A stretch of 63,536 bases of DNA, the filler included, from Octopus bimaculoides (lineage: Eukaryota): NCBI RefSeq assembly GCF_001194135.2. It is 8 parts of 7 records of this genome, joined end to end, with 100 filler letters (N's around TTAATTAATTAA, not from the genome) between each part and the next. Parts side by side here need not be neighbours in the genome. Positions count along the whole stretch, not along the records: positions 17,456 to 43,389 come from NC_069003.1; 7 more parts are not named here. The stretch is one strand, 5' to 3'. Below are positions 24,123-38,648 of the stretch, piece after piece (within the stretch, counting starts at the first letter, position 1; each line of letters starts with the position of its first letter). A model generated the notes under the pieces. The model searched no databases and was not told the origin of the DNA. It saw only the letters and a list, made by a program, of their open reading frames with translations. A program made the translations under genes and the position numbers.

Positions 24123-27100
24123 GCTGAAACAGATGAGGAACTGAAGAAGACCCAAACCTCTTTGGACGAGACTCAGATGAAGCTGCAGCAGACAGAAGAT
24201 GCTCTTCAGACAGTTGTTAGTGAACATGGAAAAGCACAGAAAGAACTGCAGCAATCTCTTGATGAAACATTGAGCAACTTCCAGCAGCAGAGCCAGGAAA
24301 TCGGTCACATCTGTCATTTCCTTGGTATTACTGAGATTTCTGTGGAGAAACTATTCTATGTGGTGAAAGAGAAAGCTGAGTGTGTCACGGAACTGCAGCA
24401 GAGACTTGAAATTATTGAGAAGTCTCAGGATGAGAAACAGAATGCTTTTGAGAGTAAAGAAACTGAGCTTGAATCGTTGAAATCCCAGCTTCAGGACTAC
24501 AACAAAAATGTTCAACTTTCCATGCACGACAGAGCAGCTGAGAATAATTCATATAAAGAAAATTTGTCAATGAAGGATCAAAATATAAAGTTACTTCAGG
24601 AAACTATTGATACTCAGACAGCTGAAATATGTAAGTTTAAGGAACTGCAAGTCTCTCAGGAGCAGAAAGAAAAGGGAGCCAGTGAGAAGTTGCAAGAATT
24701 CCTCTCTCAAACCGCCCTGTTTCAGAGTCAAATAGAAGCTTTGCAGAAAGATGCTGAAAGTAAACAAAGAAGTTTATCGGAGTCTGAAGCTAAAGTAGAG
24801 AGTTTACAGCAATCTCTGCAAGAAAAAGTTGAAGAATTTACCAAAGTGGTTTCTGTACAATCCAGAATGGATGAAGATAGTGGCAAGATTATGGCAGAGA
24901 AACAGGCACAATTAGAAAACCTTAAATCTTCACTGGATCAAATGACCAACTTTCTAAATGAGAAACAATTTGAGTTTGATAGCAAACGTGAAGAAATGAA
25001 CTCTGTTGTATTGCAGCTGAACACTGAAAAGACAGAAAAAGATGCTCAAATCGAAAGTCTTTCTGTGAAAGTGTCTGAATTGACTGCAAGCTTCAATGAA
25101 TCTAAAGTGTTTTGTGAGAAAGTGCAGGCTGAGAAGGTGGCCCATGAAAGGACCATGCAAGTATCTGGTGAAATGGTGAAAGATTTGCTTATCAATAGAC
25201 TTGGGACTTTATCAACAGATTCTGAAATGGAAATGCCTCTATCAGAGACTATTGGATTAGTTATTTCTCAAATAGAAGGATTGCTATCAGAGAAAGTTCG
25301 GCTTGAATCAATGCTACAACATTCCGAAAAAAATAATGAATCACTTAAATCCAACATTGAAGAATTGGAAAATAAATGTAGCCAGAATGAGTTGACTTTG
25401 ATGAGTCTACAATCAGATTCTTCACAGCAAGAACTAGCGGTGAAGAAACTTATGGAAGAGAAAGATGTAAAAATCACTTCTTTACAGGACAATGTTGAAA
25501 GCTTAAATTTGTCATTACAACAAAGCCAGCTTCATGAAAATGACTTAACACAACAGATTAAAAATGTTCAAGACAGTTCCAACTTCATGCAGCAGCAACT
25601 GACTGATGCCAAAAATCAAGTAGAGGCATTGACGCAACAACAAACCAGTCTACAGGAAGAACTGAGGCTCTTAAAAGACCAGGAAATTTCTAGGGAAACC
25701 AACAGGCAAGATCTGGAGATTTTGCTGGAAGAACAAGGAAAGAAGGTGAGACTTTTGTCTGAAAATTTAGAATTAGTGTCACATGAAAAGAAATGCATGC
25801 ATGCTGAGGTTGAAAATGGTATACGTGAAATACAACTTGTTACTAACACTAATTTAGAATTAACCAGAAAGATAGGGCAGCTACAAGATTTGTTGTCTGA
25901 GAAGGAAGGTTTAGTTCAACATTACTCAGATGAACTAGAAAAGGAAAAATCTCAATTAAATGTTCATTTAGAAAAATGCTCTAATCAAATTAATGATCTT
26001 GAACAAGCACTTGCTTCATCTAATTCTAAATTGTCTGAAGTTTCAGCTAGTAATCTTACCTTTGAAAAATCTCTTACTGAACACAAAGATCGAGTGGAAT
26101 GGTTAGAGGTGGAGAACAATCAGCTTCTGTTAAAACTATCTGAATATGATAACAACCAGTTGTTGTTACACGAGAAAGAGCAGGTGTTGGCCAGAGATAA
26201 TGAGGATATTGTAGGTAAATTAGTTAAAGCTGAACAGGTGATGTCAGAGAGAGAAGGTACCATTGGGGAACTTGAAACCAATCTTAAAAATGCTGAAGAT
26301 AAAATAAAGGAAAACAATGCAATGCTACAAGAAGCATGTTGGGAGAAGAAAGATTTGGAAGACAAACTTAAGGAACTTGGTAACAGGTTGGAAGTAGAAA
26401 AAGAGCTTAGAGTAAATATTGAAACAGTTAATAAAAATATAAAGGAATCATTTGAAGATTATCATCAAAAGACAGTTCAAGAACTGCAGGAGCAAAGCAG
26501 TCTAATAACGTCTTCTAATAAAGCGGCTGAAAAACAGCGAGAAGAAAATCTTAGTTTAAGCAACAAACTCTCTTCATTACAAAGTCGTTTTGATAATCAG
26601 TTGGCTGAGAGGAATCACTGTATTATTGGTCTTGAGGAACAGTTGCAGAAATCTGTGGCAAACGAAAATAGATTAGTAAAAGAGATAGAATTGTTGCAGT
26701 CGGAGAAACATGAAGCTGAAATGGATATTGTTAACTTTAAAGTGAGTTTACAGGAGAAGGAAGATTTGATTAGAAATTTACTATTGTCTGTCGATGAAAC
26801 TAAAGAATTCCAAGAAGTTAGTAAAGAGAAATTCCAGATGTTGCTCCAAGAGAACCAGTTCTATGAACAAGTTATCAAAGATCTTCAATCTGAACTAAAA
26901 GATAGTAAAGAACTAGGAGTCACGAGTGAGAAATCTTTGGAAAAAATGAAGAATAGTGTCAAAGAAGGAGAGGTCGCCGTGGAAAGTTTTAGGAAGTCTT
27001 ATGAAAATCTGAAACAAGAACATGATATACTCTGCCAAAAATTGAAAGAATCTGAATATAATCTGGAGGAAAAAAATTTGGAGCTTTCTAGATTTCAAGG

Positions 27101-30100
27101 TGTTCTTCATGATTCTCAACTGGCGCTGGAAGACTCGTTTGAAAAGGTAAAGAAAGAATCCGAACTAACTATTACCGATTTAATAAACAAGAATCAAGTC
27201 CTTACTACTGAAATCAGTAATCTCAGACTCCAGATAGATGAAGGAAATAAGTCTCAAGAAATGGTGGGAAGGTTGAAGAAGGAATTGGTTGAGAAGTCAA
27301 AAGAATGTGCTCAACTTAAAACTAAAATCTCCAGCAATGAAGAAGATTGTTCTGAAATGAATCAATTGATTGATGCTTGTTTGTTGAATAATTATGGTAA
27401 AGAGTCTTTACCGGAACCTCTCCCACCAAGATTACAGTCTTCTGGGATGCCCTTTAAGAATGTGAAGAAACAGACCCCAAATTCCAATGTTGATGGCGCT
27501 TTAAAGAAAAAACCTGCTAAAAAGTCTACAAGAAAATCAAAGAGCACATCTTCTTTGAATAATGGTAACACAGCTGCTGATTCCTCTGAAAGACACAATG
27601 AATCTGATATTTCTTTGAAAGAGGAATGTGGGAACAAAATTATTATAAAGAAATTAAAAGAGTTAGTTCAAGAACGAGAAAACCTATTTTCGTTATTAGA
27701 CTCTTTAAATTCAAACTTTGAGAAAGATGCTCTGAAAGAAGAAAGCATTCCAGGCCAAATTAACCAATTTTGTAAATATTTGCAAGAACAGAAATTGATG
27801 CTAGAAGACTTACAACAAATGCAAACGGACAGGGAATTGGCATTCGGTTCAGCTGCCAAACAACTGACAGAAATCTATGAGAACTGTGCTTGTATTTTGG
27901 TTAATGGGTCAGAGCAGATGCCATCACAGGATTCTGATTTTATTGTATGTTCTAATGATAAAAGTGAAAATAATCAACTTGAAAATTTGGTTGATAAATT
28001 TTCAAATTTGTTTCATGTTCTTCAGACTTGGAAAGAAACGCATGTGAGCATCCTGGATGTAAACACAAGAGAAACTTCTGGAAAATGCTCTGAAGAGAAA
28101 GTGGTCACACAGGATCCTAGTCAATCACAATTTGTTGTTGAAAAAGAGAGAGTTCTTGCAATTGAAGAATCGGCTCAGATAGGCAGCAAAAAAGATCCAA
28201 ATATTTCAAGAGTATCTGAAGAAATTTTACACAATACAGCACCTATGCAAAAAACTATTTTGAATTTCTTTGCAAAATGCCAACAGATTGGAATCAATGT
28301 TACTCCTCCAGCCACAGTTAATAAGGGAAACCTGAGCGAAGAAGATATTCTTGAAGCGTCACTGAATGCCTTGTTTGACAGAGTTGCTTGTTTAGGCAAA
28401 GAATCGCAAGATCTGAAGGCATTTGTACAGGCTTTGGAAGGATCTTCTCAGGATCAGGTGTTGGAGTTGATAAAAAGAAAAGATCAATTTATTGGTGATC
28501 CCAAACTTACTGATTCTGTGTTAAATGTAAATAGTTTGGTTGAATTTGATGAAGAGAAAATCAAGTTGGAGAAAAATGGTAGATTGGTAAAAGAGAAAGA
28601 TGAGTTGCAGACGAGGTTAATTGAAGTGCTGAAGGAGAAGGAAATGTTGGAGTGTCAGATGGATGAGGTGGAGCTGCTGAGGATTACCATCAGAAAATTG
28701 GAAGAAGATCTGAAGAAGAAATTGGTGGAAAAAGATCGTGTTGCCGAGCAATTGGCTAAAGTGGATATGGAACTGGTGTCAACTTGTCAAGAACGGGATA
28801 AAGTGAAGAACCATCTGGAACAAGTGTTACGGGAGCATAAAAAATGTCTTGATATAGAAAGCCGTCTTGAAAAAGTGTTGAGGGACAAGCAGGTTTTATC
28901 CCAAAAGGTTATGGATATGGAAAGTAAAATAAGTCAAATGAAAATCGATAAAGAACGAATGAAAAAGCAGCTGGCAGGGACAAAACCCAAAACTGAAAAA
29001 AATACACCCTTGCTTAAGCGCCGGACAAGAAGTCAAGAAATTGGGGATAAAAAAGTCAACAAGAATCCAGAAGATGTAAAGAGAAAGTCATCTTTGACCA
29101 AAAAAACTACTGAAAAGGGTCTTTCTACGATGTCAGCTTCCAGATATGGAAGTGTGGAATCGGTGAGAAGTGAAATTCTAAGAGTTGGTTCTCCAACTTT
29201 GAGTGAAAAATCATATGGTACATCAGATTCTTGTGCATCTGAGATGTGTTTGCGAGATGAGCTCATGGAATTGAGGTCCAAGACAGACGCTTATTCTAAA
29301 CATTTTGAAGAACTGAAAATGTTTTGGAGAAATGATATTTGTAAAACTTTGAGTGAAATATTGTCACCTGACGTTAGTCTTATAAAAGAGCCAAACGAAG
29401 CAGAAATTAATGAAAAAGTCAGTGAAAATGCTGAGTTAATTGCAATTAAGGTTGAAAATATTAAAACTGAAATGTCAGAAGTGTTAACTAAAATTGGAAA
29501 TTGGAAATCTTCTTTTTCTGAAATTAAAACTTCTGAGAAAGAACCAGCTAAGGAAAGATATCTGGATGAGACCCCAGATGTGAAGGATACGGAAGTTGAA
29601 AATAAACCTAAAAGGGATGAATCGGTGGCAAGAAATGAAGTTCCAGATTTATGCAATAAAAATGAACGCTTGAAGCAAATGTGTGTAAAGTTAAAGAAAT
29701 CTTATCATCAAAGCAATGCTGAGATAGAAGCACTGAAGAATCAGTTGGAAACGGTGAACTCAAAGGCTGTGAGGTTGGATGAACAACTGAAAGAAAAAGA
29801 AATAAAGATTAATGACTTTGAAATTTTAGTGACCGAACTGAAAGATGGTTTAGATGTTAAAACTGCTGAGATATTGGAACTAAATTCTACTGCTGATAGT
29901 AAACAGTTGTCTTTGGAAGATGGAATGAAACAGCTTCAGATGACATTATCTGCAAGGAATGAAGAACTTTGTGCTACAAGAAACTGCTGTGAAACAATTC
30001 AAGAGTCATTTTCTTTATTGGTAAAAGAGATTTTGGAACTGGTTTCACAAAATCAGTTCCACAAACCTGAAGCGGATTCTTCACAGAATCATTTCAAACA

Positions 30101-31166
30101 ACTCTTTGAAGATTTGGGTTCAGGACTATTTCAAAGTTTAGATGAATGTCAACAAAAAAGTTTTAAAACTGCAGAAGCTTTAGAAACGGTAAGCCGTTTC
30201 TTGAGTCAGTACCAAAGGTACCAACAAGAGATTTTCATAGTTTTTGGATCTTTCATGAGTTGTCTCAAAGAAATCCAAAACGATATCAAAGAAGAAAGCT
30301 TGAAAGCTAACACAAAATCACATGATGCTGTTTTAGAAGATTTAAATAAAATTGTCAACAATAGCAACTATCTGGAACATTCTACGTCGACAGAAGAACA
30401 GGTTGACCTGGTGAAACCAAAGCCTGAAATGTGCCCATTGGATGATTCAGACACACAGACAGGTGTGAATTTTTTAAACTGGCTTCGGGGATATTTGAAA
30501 GACCTGGCACTGTCTCGTGATGCTGACAATGCTCGGTTCCTGGACATTGTATCAGAGTTGAACGTTGTAGTTTTGTCTAAAGAAGAAGCCATCCAGAAAA
30601 TGAGTGAAACTATGGAAGCTCTGTCTTCTGAACGTAAGAAACTTGTCAAAGAAGTTGCTAGACTACAGAATGCCTGTGATGATAGCCACAGCACGGCCGT
30701 CAGTCATTCGGAAGAGACAAAGAGGGTGAAAAACTCTTTGGATGCTCTTGAAAGTAGAATCTCTGGTCTTTTGACTTATGTGAAAGATGTCCACGGTTCC
30801 ACATTGGAAACAATAATGGAAGAGAGCGAGGAAGAAGAGGAATGCCATGATGATGTCACAGACGGATTGGTAAATAAGCTGGCTGGCAGCACAGCAAATC
30901 TGGACAATTTGCAGAGTCTGGAGAAGCACTTTGCTGCCTTCGCCGCTGCCTATTCTCATGTAGCCAATGTTTGTAACAACCAGGGCAGTGAAATTGAAAA
31001 ACTTAGGAGTTTGTTGACAAAACAGCAGGAATTGTCTGTGAAATGTCCAGAAGAAATGTCTTCCATCAGTGGCAGCCAAAATGTCTCGGAACTGGACGGC
31101 AGCAACCACCCTGTCCTTACACAGAACCTTGACACCACACGAGATACTCAGCCGACGCCTCAACAT
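24123..31166 (+). CDS. GOLGB1: Giantin-like golgin giant exon 1 (7,044 bp, 2,348 codons, phase 0-0)
   Basis: tcattgtag|GCT GAA ACA...CAA CAT|gtaagg; uninterrupted E/K/Q/L-rich heptad ORF (ORF track 24162-31460). Confidence 0.92.
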
Positions 31167-32253
31167 GTAAGGATCAATTACTACACTGTTATTTCGATGC
31201 TCTTTACTTTCCCTTTTTGCATTGGAGATTCCTTCTATGTATTTTCTTCCATATTTCTTCCAGACCCTTCGTCTCTTTCCTCTACTAAAAGCATGGGTTA
31301 TATGCAATTCTGCAAAAATCCCTCTTTGTTATTAATTTTTTCAACATTTTCTTTTTATTGTATGTTTTCCCTGCATAACAAAGTACAGTTCTGTGTGTGC
31401 CATACGTGTGTAGCGTTTTGTGTTGCTTGTTCTCTATTGCATTCACAGTATTCCACATGATGTGTTGTGGTTAAGGCCTTGCTGTACTTCTTTCACTCTG
31501 TCGTAGGTCTCAGGGGTTTTGCTATTCATCAATGAGATAAAGTACCGACCAAGCACTAGAGGTCAATGCTATTGGGTAATGCCCTTCCCCCTGTTTCATA
31601 TCTCATACCTACACTAAGAACTATTGTTTTTATGGTGATGGTGGTGGTGGTGGTGGTTGTGATGGTGGTGGTAATGGTGTTGATGGTGGTGGTAATGGTG
31701 GTGGTGGTGGTGGTGGTGGTGGTGGTGGTGTATAATAGAATCAGCAGAAATGACTATTATGTTCTGAGTTCAAATCCTGTGGAGGCCTACTTTGTCTTTC
31801 ATCTTTATGGAGGTCAGTGAACCTAAAGTAGCAGTCAAGCAGTTGATGCCATTAACCAGATAATTCCTTCTATAAAATATTTGGTGCTTTGATCAGAAAT
31901 GTTTTGGCAGAATCATTAAATTGTTGGACAAAAATGCTTGGTGGCATTTTCTTCTGGCTCTTTACATTCTTAGTTTAATCGCTGCTTTTCATCCTCTCAA
32001 GGTTGATAAAATCAGTGCAAGTTTGAGCAATGGGGCTCATGTAAACACCTTGCCCCTCCCCTCAAAATTTCTTGCCTTGTTCCAAAATTAGAAATAATAA
32101 TAATAATAGCTATTATTGTTATGTTTGGGTTTGCTTTGTTTTTATTTATTTATTCACATGTTGTTGTTATTATTTAAAAAGAAACAGACGACCGTGTGTA
32201 TGTGAATATATTTTGAAAACTCTAACTTTTGTTTCTCATCAATGTCATTGCAG

Positions 32254-35200
32254 ACGTCTGTGGAACTGGATAAAATATCTCTGGAATTAGATGAAGTGAA
32301 GCAGGAGAAACTTCAAGTTGATCAACAGTTGGTCTCAGTCCAAAAACAAAACGAAGAACTGCAGACTAAGTGGACCGATCTAGTCACAGCCAACCAAGAA
32401 ATGCAGTCTTATATGCAGAATGTGCAGCATGAAATGCAACAGGTTAAGTTAGAATTACGATCAACTGATGAACATTCTAAGTTAAAAGACTTGCAAATAC
32501 AGGAACTGTCATCACAAGTTGAGGAGAAGTCTGCTGAGATTAATAAACTGTCGACTCATTTGCAAGAAACTGAAAGAAATTTAGATTTGGTTAATAAAAG
32601 TTTGGTTGAGAAAGACACTCACGTGAATGAATTGAAAGAACTATTGGAAAGAAAGAATAAACAACAGCAAGAGAATGATTCTGTAGAGGAGCAAAACAAA
32701 CAAGACGTGTTGTTGCTGAAGGAACAACTTTCGGTTAGAGAACAGCAACTGCAGCATCTGACTTTAGAGATTGCTGAGAATATGAAGATGCATGAGGAGC
32801 AACAAGGGAGACTGAAAGAAAAAGATGAAAAGATAATGTCACTTTTAGAAAACATGCAGGAATTAGAAGAACAGTTAACGAGTTCGTTTAACACGAAAGA
32901 AGGGAGTGAAGGAAAGATAGCGGAGTTGGAGGATGCTCTTCAGAAAGAGAAAGAAGCACTTGATTCAACAAAGAAATCGCTTCAAAATAAAGAAAACCAA
33001 TATTTGAAAGTCTTAGCAACGGCCAAGAAATTGAAATTACAGGTTCAAGAGGCAAAGAATGAAAGTAAACTTGGCAAAGATGAAATGAAAGAAACGAATG
33101 CAAAAGTATTTGAAGAAATTAATTCAATGAATTCATTTTTTCAACAGAAAGTTTCTCTTGTATTGAGTGAGTGGCCAGAATTGGCGGAGGTTGAGGGAAA
33201 AGACATTGGTGGAGCAAAGCTGTTTGAGAAAAGAATGGAGGAGTCTGGCAGTGTTGGTACCGAGCCATGTAAAGCAACACTGTCACTGCTGCAGAAATTG
33301 ATGTCTACTTTAGAAGCAGCAAAACATGTAGTGGTTGAGAGTCAGCAGGAGAATCAGACATTGAAACAGTTAAGTTACGAACAGGAAGTCCTTTTATCAG
33401 ACTTCAATCAGAAACAGGAACTATTATTGTCCCAAAATTTGGAGAAGGAAGATCTTCTAGCTATCATTGAAGAGAAAAATCAAAAAATGCTAGAATTGCA
33501 AGACAGAGTTTATGAAGTTGAGCAGAGTTTGAAGACAATGGAAACAGAAACGGAGAAAGATGTCAGGATTACATTTCTCAATGGACAACTGGATGAATCT
33601 GGCCGTACAATTCATCTTCTTCAAGAAGAAATCACCAATAAGAACAAAGAGTTGGAAGATAACAAACTAAACGCTTCAAAATGGGAACAAAAGCTGATGG
33701 AATTGACTGATCAGGATGATCACCGGCTGAAAGAAATGACTCTAAAGATGCAGGAACTGTCAGCAGAAATTAATGCAAAGAATGCATGTATTGAAGAGCA
33801 ATCATTGCTCCTGAAAGCTTCTGAAGAAAAAATGGTTGGTGTTGGTAATGAGATTTCTGAAAAAGAAACTGTAATTTCAGAGCTAAAAAATGCTTTGGAT
33901 GATGTTAGCAAACAGAACCAACATACTGTTGAAGAACTGAAGAAGCTTAAGGAAATGTATAACCAAACGGTGGAAGAATTGCAATTAAATAAAGAAGAGA
34001 TAAACAGCAAAGATGTCCTGCTGAAACAGATTCAAAACCAACTGGAAGCTGTTTCAAATGAAGTTCAGCAAAAGGAACAATTAATTGTGGAATATAAAGA
34101 AGAATTAGAATATTTGAGAGAGAGAGAAAGCGAAAGGGCTGCTTCTGATCTTGAGCCAGATTTAAGGATTTTGTATGAAAAACTGAAGGCAGAATCTGGT
34201 CGGATGAGTTTAGAAAAGGAACAGTTAACTTCTGAGTGGAAGGAGTCCATTAATGAAAATAATCGGTTAAATGCTGAACTCCAGAAGTCTGACTCAAAGA
34301 GGAAAGCTTTGGAAGAAAGTCTGAATGTGAGTCATGAAAATATTGCGAAAATGGAAGAAGATATTGAAAAATTTACTGAAGATCTCTTGCAGTCTTCTAA
34401 AGAGAAAACGGTGCTTTCAGAAAATCTAGAACAATTAAAGAAAGAAAACTCCATGCTTAAGGAGAAGTGTAATCCTGCATCTTCCGAAACGTATTCTGTA
34501 GAAGTGCCTTTGGAACCAAATCTAGTGAAAGAGCATCAAGGTAGCTTATACAGTGCTCGCATTGAGAAAGAGTCTATTCAGAGGTCAGAGGTTAAGAATC
34601 CCTCTGAGAGTTTGTTAATAGAGAAAGAATTACATGATGTGCAAGAGAGATTCGAAAGTCTTTCTCGAGAACATGAGACATTAAAGAATAAACATCAAAT
34701 AACAACAGAAAAATGTGAGAAGTTATTAGTGAAGCTGAAATCTTTTAAAGATAAAAATGATAATCTTTTAAAAGAAATGGAAAATCTAAAGATACAGAAG
34801 GTAGGTGAGGAATCGAAAGTTATTCAACTCCAGAATGACCTTCATTCTGAAAAAGTAAAATATCAAGAACTTTCAGTATTCTGTCAACAAGGACAAAAGT
34901 CTCAGAGTGAAGCTGCTGAAAAACTGGCAGAGTTTGAGAATAATAAGAAAGAAAACGAGAAAGTAAATCAGAAGTTGTCCAAGAGTAATTCTGAGTTGCA
35001 GTCAAAATGTGAAAAACTGTCGAAACAAATTGAAAATGTCTTGTCAGAAAAATCTGATTTTGAAAATAAGTGGATCAGTCTGAAACAAGAAATGGAGACT
35101 GCCAGCAATCAGTATTCTGTGGAGAAGTCTACCTTGTTGAATAAAATCGCAAATTTAGAAGGAGAATGTAAAAATGTCTATGCAGACCTAGAAGACTTCC

Positions 35201-36624
35201 AACAACTTGTTAAGAAACAGAAGGAAAGTCAAGATAATTTGAAGAGTGAAAACCACAAGTTGAGAGAGAGCGTTTCGAAATATGAGAAAGAACTATTAAA
35301 CAGCAGCATTGCTAAGGATCATTGCAGTCAAGTTGAAATTCAGTTACAAGGTTTGTCTGAAGAACGGGATAACTTAAAAGATCAAGTGGATGCTGCCAGA
35401 GAAGAAGTTGTTAGCCATCGTAAGGAAGTGCAGACATTGAGGAAACAGTTTGAAGAAGCAAAAAATAAAATGTCGCAGGAACAGGAAATGTTAGTCGCAG
35501 AGTTAGAAAAGACGAAGAGGGAATCTGATGAGAGAGATGGGTTGGCGAAAAATGATCTAGAAGTGAGGCTGTCTAATGTTGAAAAAGAATTAGAAGCTAA
35601 AGTATGTGAGATAATCCATTTAAAGGATGAGAATCAAATGTTGTTAGAAAAGATGAAGAATGAAATGAATGAAAGAGAACTGTACAAAAGAGAAGCCCGA
35701 GAAGCTGGTGCCATTGAAGAACAGTTAAGGGAATCTCAGAAACGAGAAGGAGTACTTGAGCAAGAAAAGATGTTTCTAGAAGAAAATTTCCAAGCTGTTA
35801 AGATGGAGCTGGAGGCAAACAAAGAAATGTTGAGACAGAATATGAAAGAAATTGAAGAATTGACAGCAGAAGTAAATCGGTTAACAAAGGAAATTAGCAG
35901 TCGGGAAGTTTGGAAGAGACAGCTTGAAGAGGCTGAGCTAGAAGTGAGTCGAAAAGAAGAAAGCTTGTCTCTTTTGAAGAATGAAGTGGACATTCTGAAT
36001 GAGCAAATTGAAAGACTGACTGCCGAAGGCCATGATTTAGAGAACACATGCCAGTCTGTAGATGGATTGAAAAAAGAAAACAGTAAGCTTACCACAGAGC
36101 TACAACAAATAGTTTTACAAAATAAAGAGTTGGTTTCCAGCAAAGAGGAATTGTCTGTGGTGAACGAACGCTATAACAAACTATTGATGGATAACACGCA
36201 TTTGGCAAAGCAGTTTGAAGAGCTTAGGAACAAAATGCAGACCCAAGTGGAAAAAGAACAAAGTTTTGCTCATGAGCAGCAAGAACATTTGAAACGAGAG
36301 CAAGTAACATTTACTAAAAGAGTTGAAGAACTAGAAGATCATGTGCAGGAACTGACCAATCAGAACACACAGTTGAAACAGGATATGGTGCAAGTGAACA
36401 GCTCACTGAAAGAAGCTCATTTTGAGAATGAATCTCTTAAGTCACAACTGCAGGTCATTCAAAATGGTGGTGATCGGCTAAACCAGTTCCAAGAAGAGTA
36501 TCAGAAATTGCAGGAACAATTTTCTAAGAGTATCGAGCAAAACAACAGTGTTCAGGCGGAATTGAACCAAGCCAACCATCGACTCCAATTGAGGGAGTCA
36601 AGGTGTCAGCAGTTGGCAATGCAG
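32254..36624 (+). CDS. GOLGB1: Giantin-like golgin giant exon 2 (4,371 bp, 1,457 codons, phase 0-0)
   Basis: tcattgcag|ACG TCT GTG...ATG CAG|gtaaca; continuous coiled coil. Confidence 0.92.
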
Positions 36625-37438
36625 GTAACACCCTCTTTCATTCTGTACTGTTGTGGCTGTAAGGTTTAGGTGATGAATTATGAACTGCATGGTCATGATT
36701 TCAAATCCTGTTCACAGCTATTGTTTTTCATGTTATATTTTTGTATTTCTTTTTGTGTTTAGCCCAAAGTAAAGAGGTCATACCTGCTGACTTTTCAGTC
36801 CTTTTGTCTTTTTAGCAGATCTCTAAAAAATGAAACTCTTTTACAGGAGTGATTCTCATTTTTTCCTATGGATCCCTTAGATTCTTAATTGGTTCCTACT
36901 GGACACTTCACAACCATTCAATGTTTTAAAAAAAGTCCTATTTTTATGATTAAACATTGTTAGGAATTGTATAAAAAGTTATTAAAATATTTTGAGTATT
37001 GTAGAAGTGTAACCCATTTACTGGAGATAAATTTTAATAACAAAATCTTCTAGGGATCTCCAAGGGTCTTCTGGACCCCAGCTGAGAACCACAGCTTTAC
37101 AATTTTCTTTAACTTGTATTGAGTCCTCTTTGGATGTCTGGGCTCCTAAATTTTTGATTGAAAAATTGTCACAAGCATTCATCTTGGGGTACACAACATC
37201 TTATAGCAGAAACAGCTGTCAGCTGATGAAGTTACCTTGTTTCCTTGTCATTTCTTTAAGCTGGTAGCACGTAAAAGACACCATTTGAGCATGACCGATG
37301 CCACTACCACCTGACTGGCTCCCATGCTGGTGGCGTGTAAAAAGCATCCACGACACTGGATTTGATAAAATACAAACTGAAATTCTAATTATGAAACGCA
37401 ACTTTGATAAACTAATAGAAAACCATTTACTTTCTTAG

Positions 37439-37585
37439 GTGAGCCAGTTAGCAGAGGACCGCAGTTACCTTAATGTCCAAATGGGCAATTTGTCTTTGGC
37501 CCTTCGTGAGAAAGAAAAAGAGTCAAGCAGCTTAGCCCATCAAATAAAGGATAGTTATGAGAAACAGACCAAACTTCAACAGAGG
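37439..37585 (+). CDS. GOLGB1: Giantin-like golgin exon (147 bp)
   Basis: tttcttag|GTG AGC CAG...CAG AGG|gtaagt; encodes VSQLAEDRSYLNVQMGNLSLALREKEKESSSLAHQIKDSYEKQTKLQQR; missed by the ORF track. Confidence 0.8.
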
Positions 37586-37764
37586 GTAAGTATTCAGATT
37601 ATATATATATATATGTAGTGTGTATTTGTCTGTCTGATGAATTTCTTATAGGAAACACTCTACATGTTTATCTAACATGCAAAACTTTAGAAATTCCTAT
37701 TACGAAATGGAACATGTGTAATGGTGAATAAATAATACCAAAAAATTTCTAATTTCCTGTTTTA

Positions 37765-38003
37765 ACACCATCCGAATGTGGTCGATGCCGGTGCCACCTG
37801 ACTGGCTCCTGTGCCAGTGGCACATAAAAAGCACTCACTACACTCCTGGAGTGGTTGGCATTAGGAAGGGCATCCAGCTGTAGAAACCTTGCCAGATCAT
37901 ACTGGAGCCTGGTGCAGCCCACTCGCTTGCCAGACCTCAGTCAAACCGTCCAACCCATGCCAGCATGGAATGCGGACGTTAAACGATGATGATGATGATG
38001 ATG
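37765..38003 (+). mobile_element. RTE-type 3' tail repeat (family E)
   Basis: gttggcattaggaagggcatccagctgtagaaa...gcggacgttaaacgatgatgat. Confidence 0.8.
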
Positions 38004-38648
38004 ATATATGTGTGTGTTCAGAGTTCAACTCCAGTAAGGGTCAACTTTGACCTTTATNNNNNNNNNNNNNNNNNNNNNNNNNNNNNNNNNNNNNNNNNNN
38101 NNNNNNNNNNNNNNNNNNNNNNNNNNNNNNNNNNNNNNNNNNNNNNNNNNNNNNNNNNNNNNNNNNNNNNNNNNNNNNNNNNNNNNNNNNNNNNNNNNNN
38201 NNNNNNNNNNNNNNNNNNNNNNNNNNNNNNNNNNNNNNNNNNNNNNNNNNNNNNNNNNNNNNNNNNNNNNNNNNNNNNNNNNNNNNNNNNNNNNNNNNNN
38301 NNNNNNNNNNNNNNNNNNNNNNNNNNNNNNNNNNNNNNNNNNNNNNNNNNNNNNNNNNNNNNNNNNNNNNNNNNNNNNNNNNNNNNNNNNNNNNNNNNNN
38401 NNNNNNNNNNNNNNNNNNNNNNNNNNNNNNNNNNNNNNNNNNNNNNNNNNNNNNNNNNNNNNNNNNNNNNNNNNNNNNNNNNNNNNNNNNNNNNNNNNNN
38501 NNNNNNNNNNNNAGTCACTGACTCTCTGGGAGTTTGCTAGCCACTCACTTGCCATTGTGTAGAAAGAGCACAGAAGAAATTCTTGTATAATTTCTTGTTT
38601 TCTTTTTTTGCTGTTTGTTTCTTAATGTGTTTTGTTTTGTTTTGTTAG

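Noticed and set aside
31167-31460. ORF-track extension of giant exon 1 (VRINYYTVISMLF...)
   Set aside because: A strong gtaagg donor at 31167 and an abrupt change to intron-like composition indicate read-through; a terminal-exon isoform is not supported by sequence alone.
24954-36143. Many minus-strand 60-215-aa ORFs inside the giant exons
   Set aside because: Antisense shadows of a codon-biased coiled-coil CDS (S/F/L-rich); no recognisable domains.
37616-37645. CTGATGA...GGAAAC in a giantin intron as a hammerhead
   Set aside because: The GAAA pairs with the upstream TTTC, and there is no stem I or cleavage triplet.
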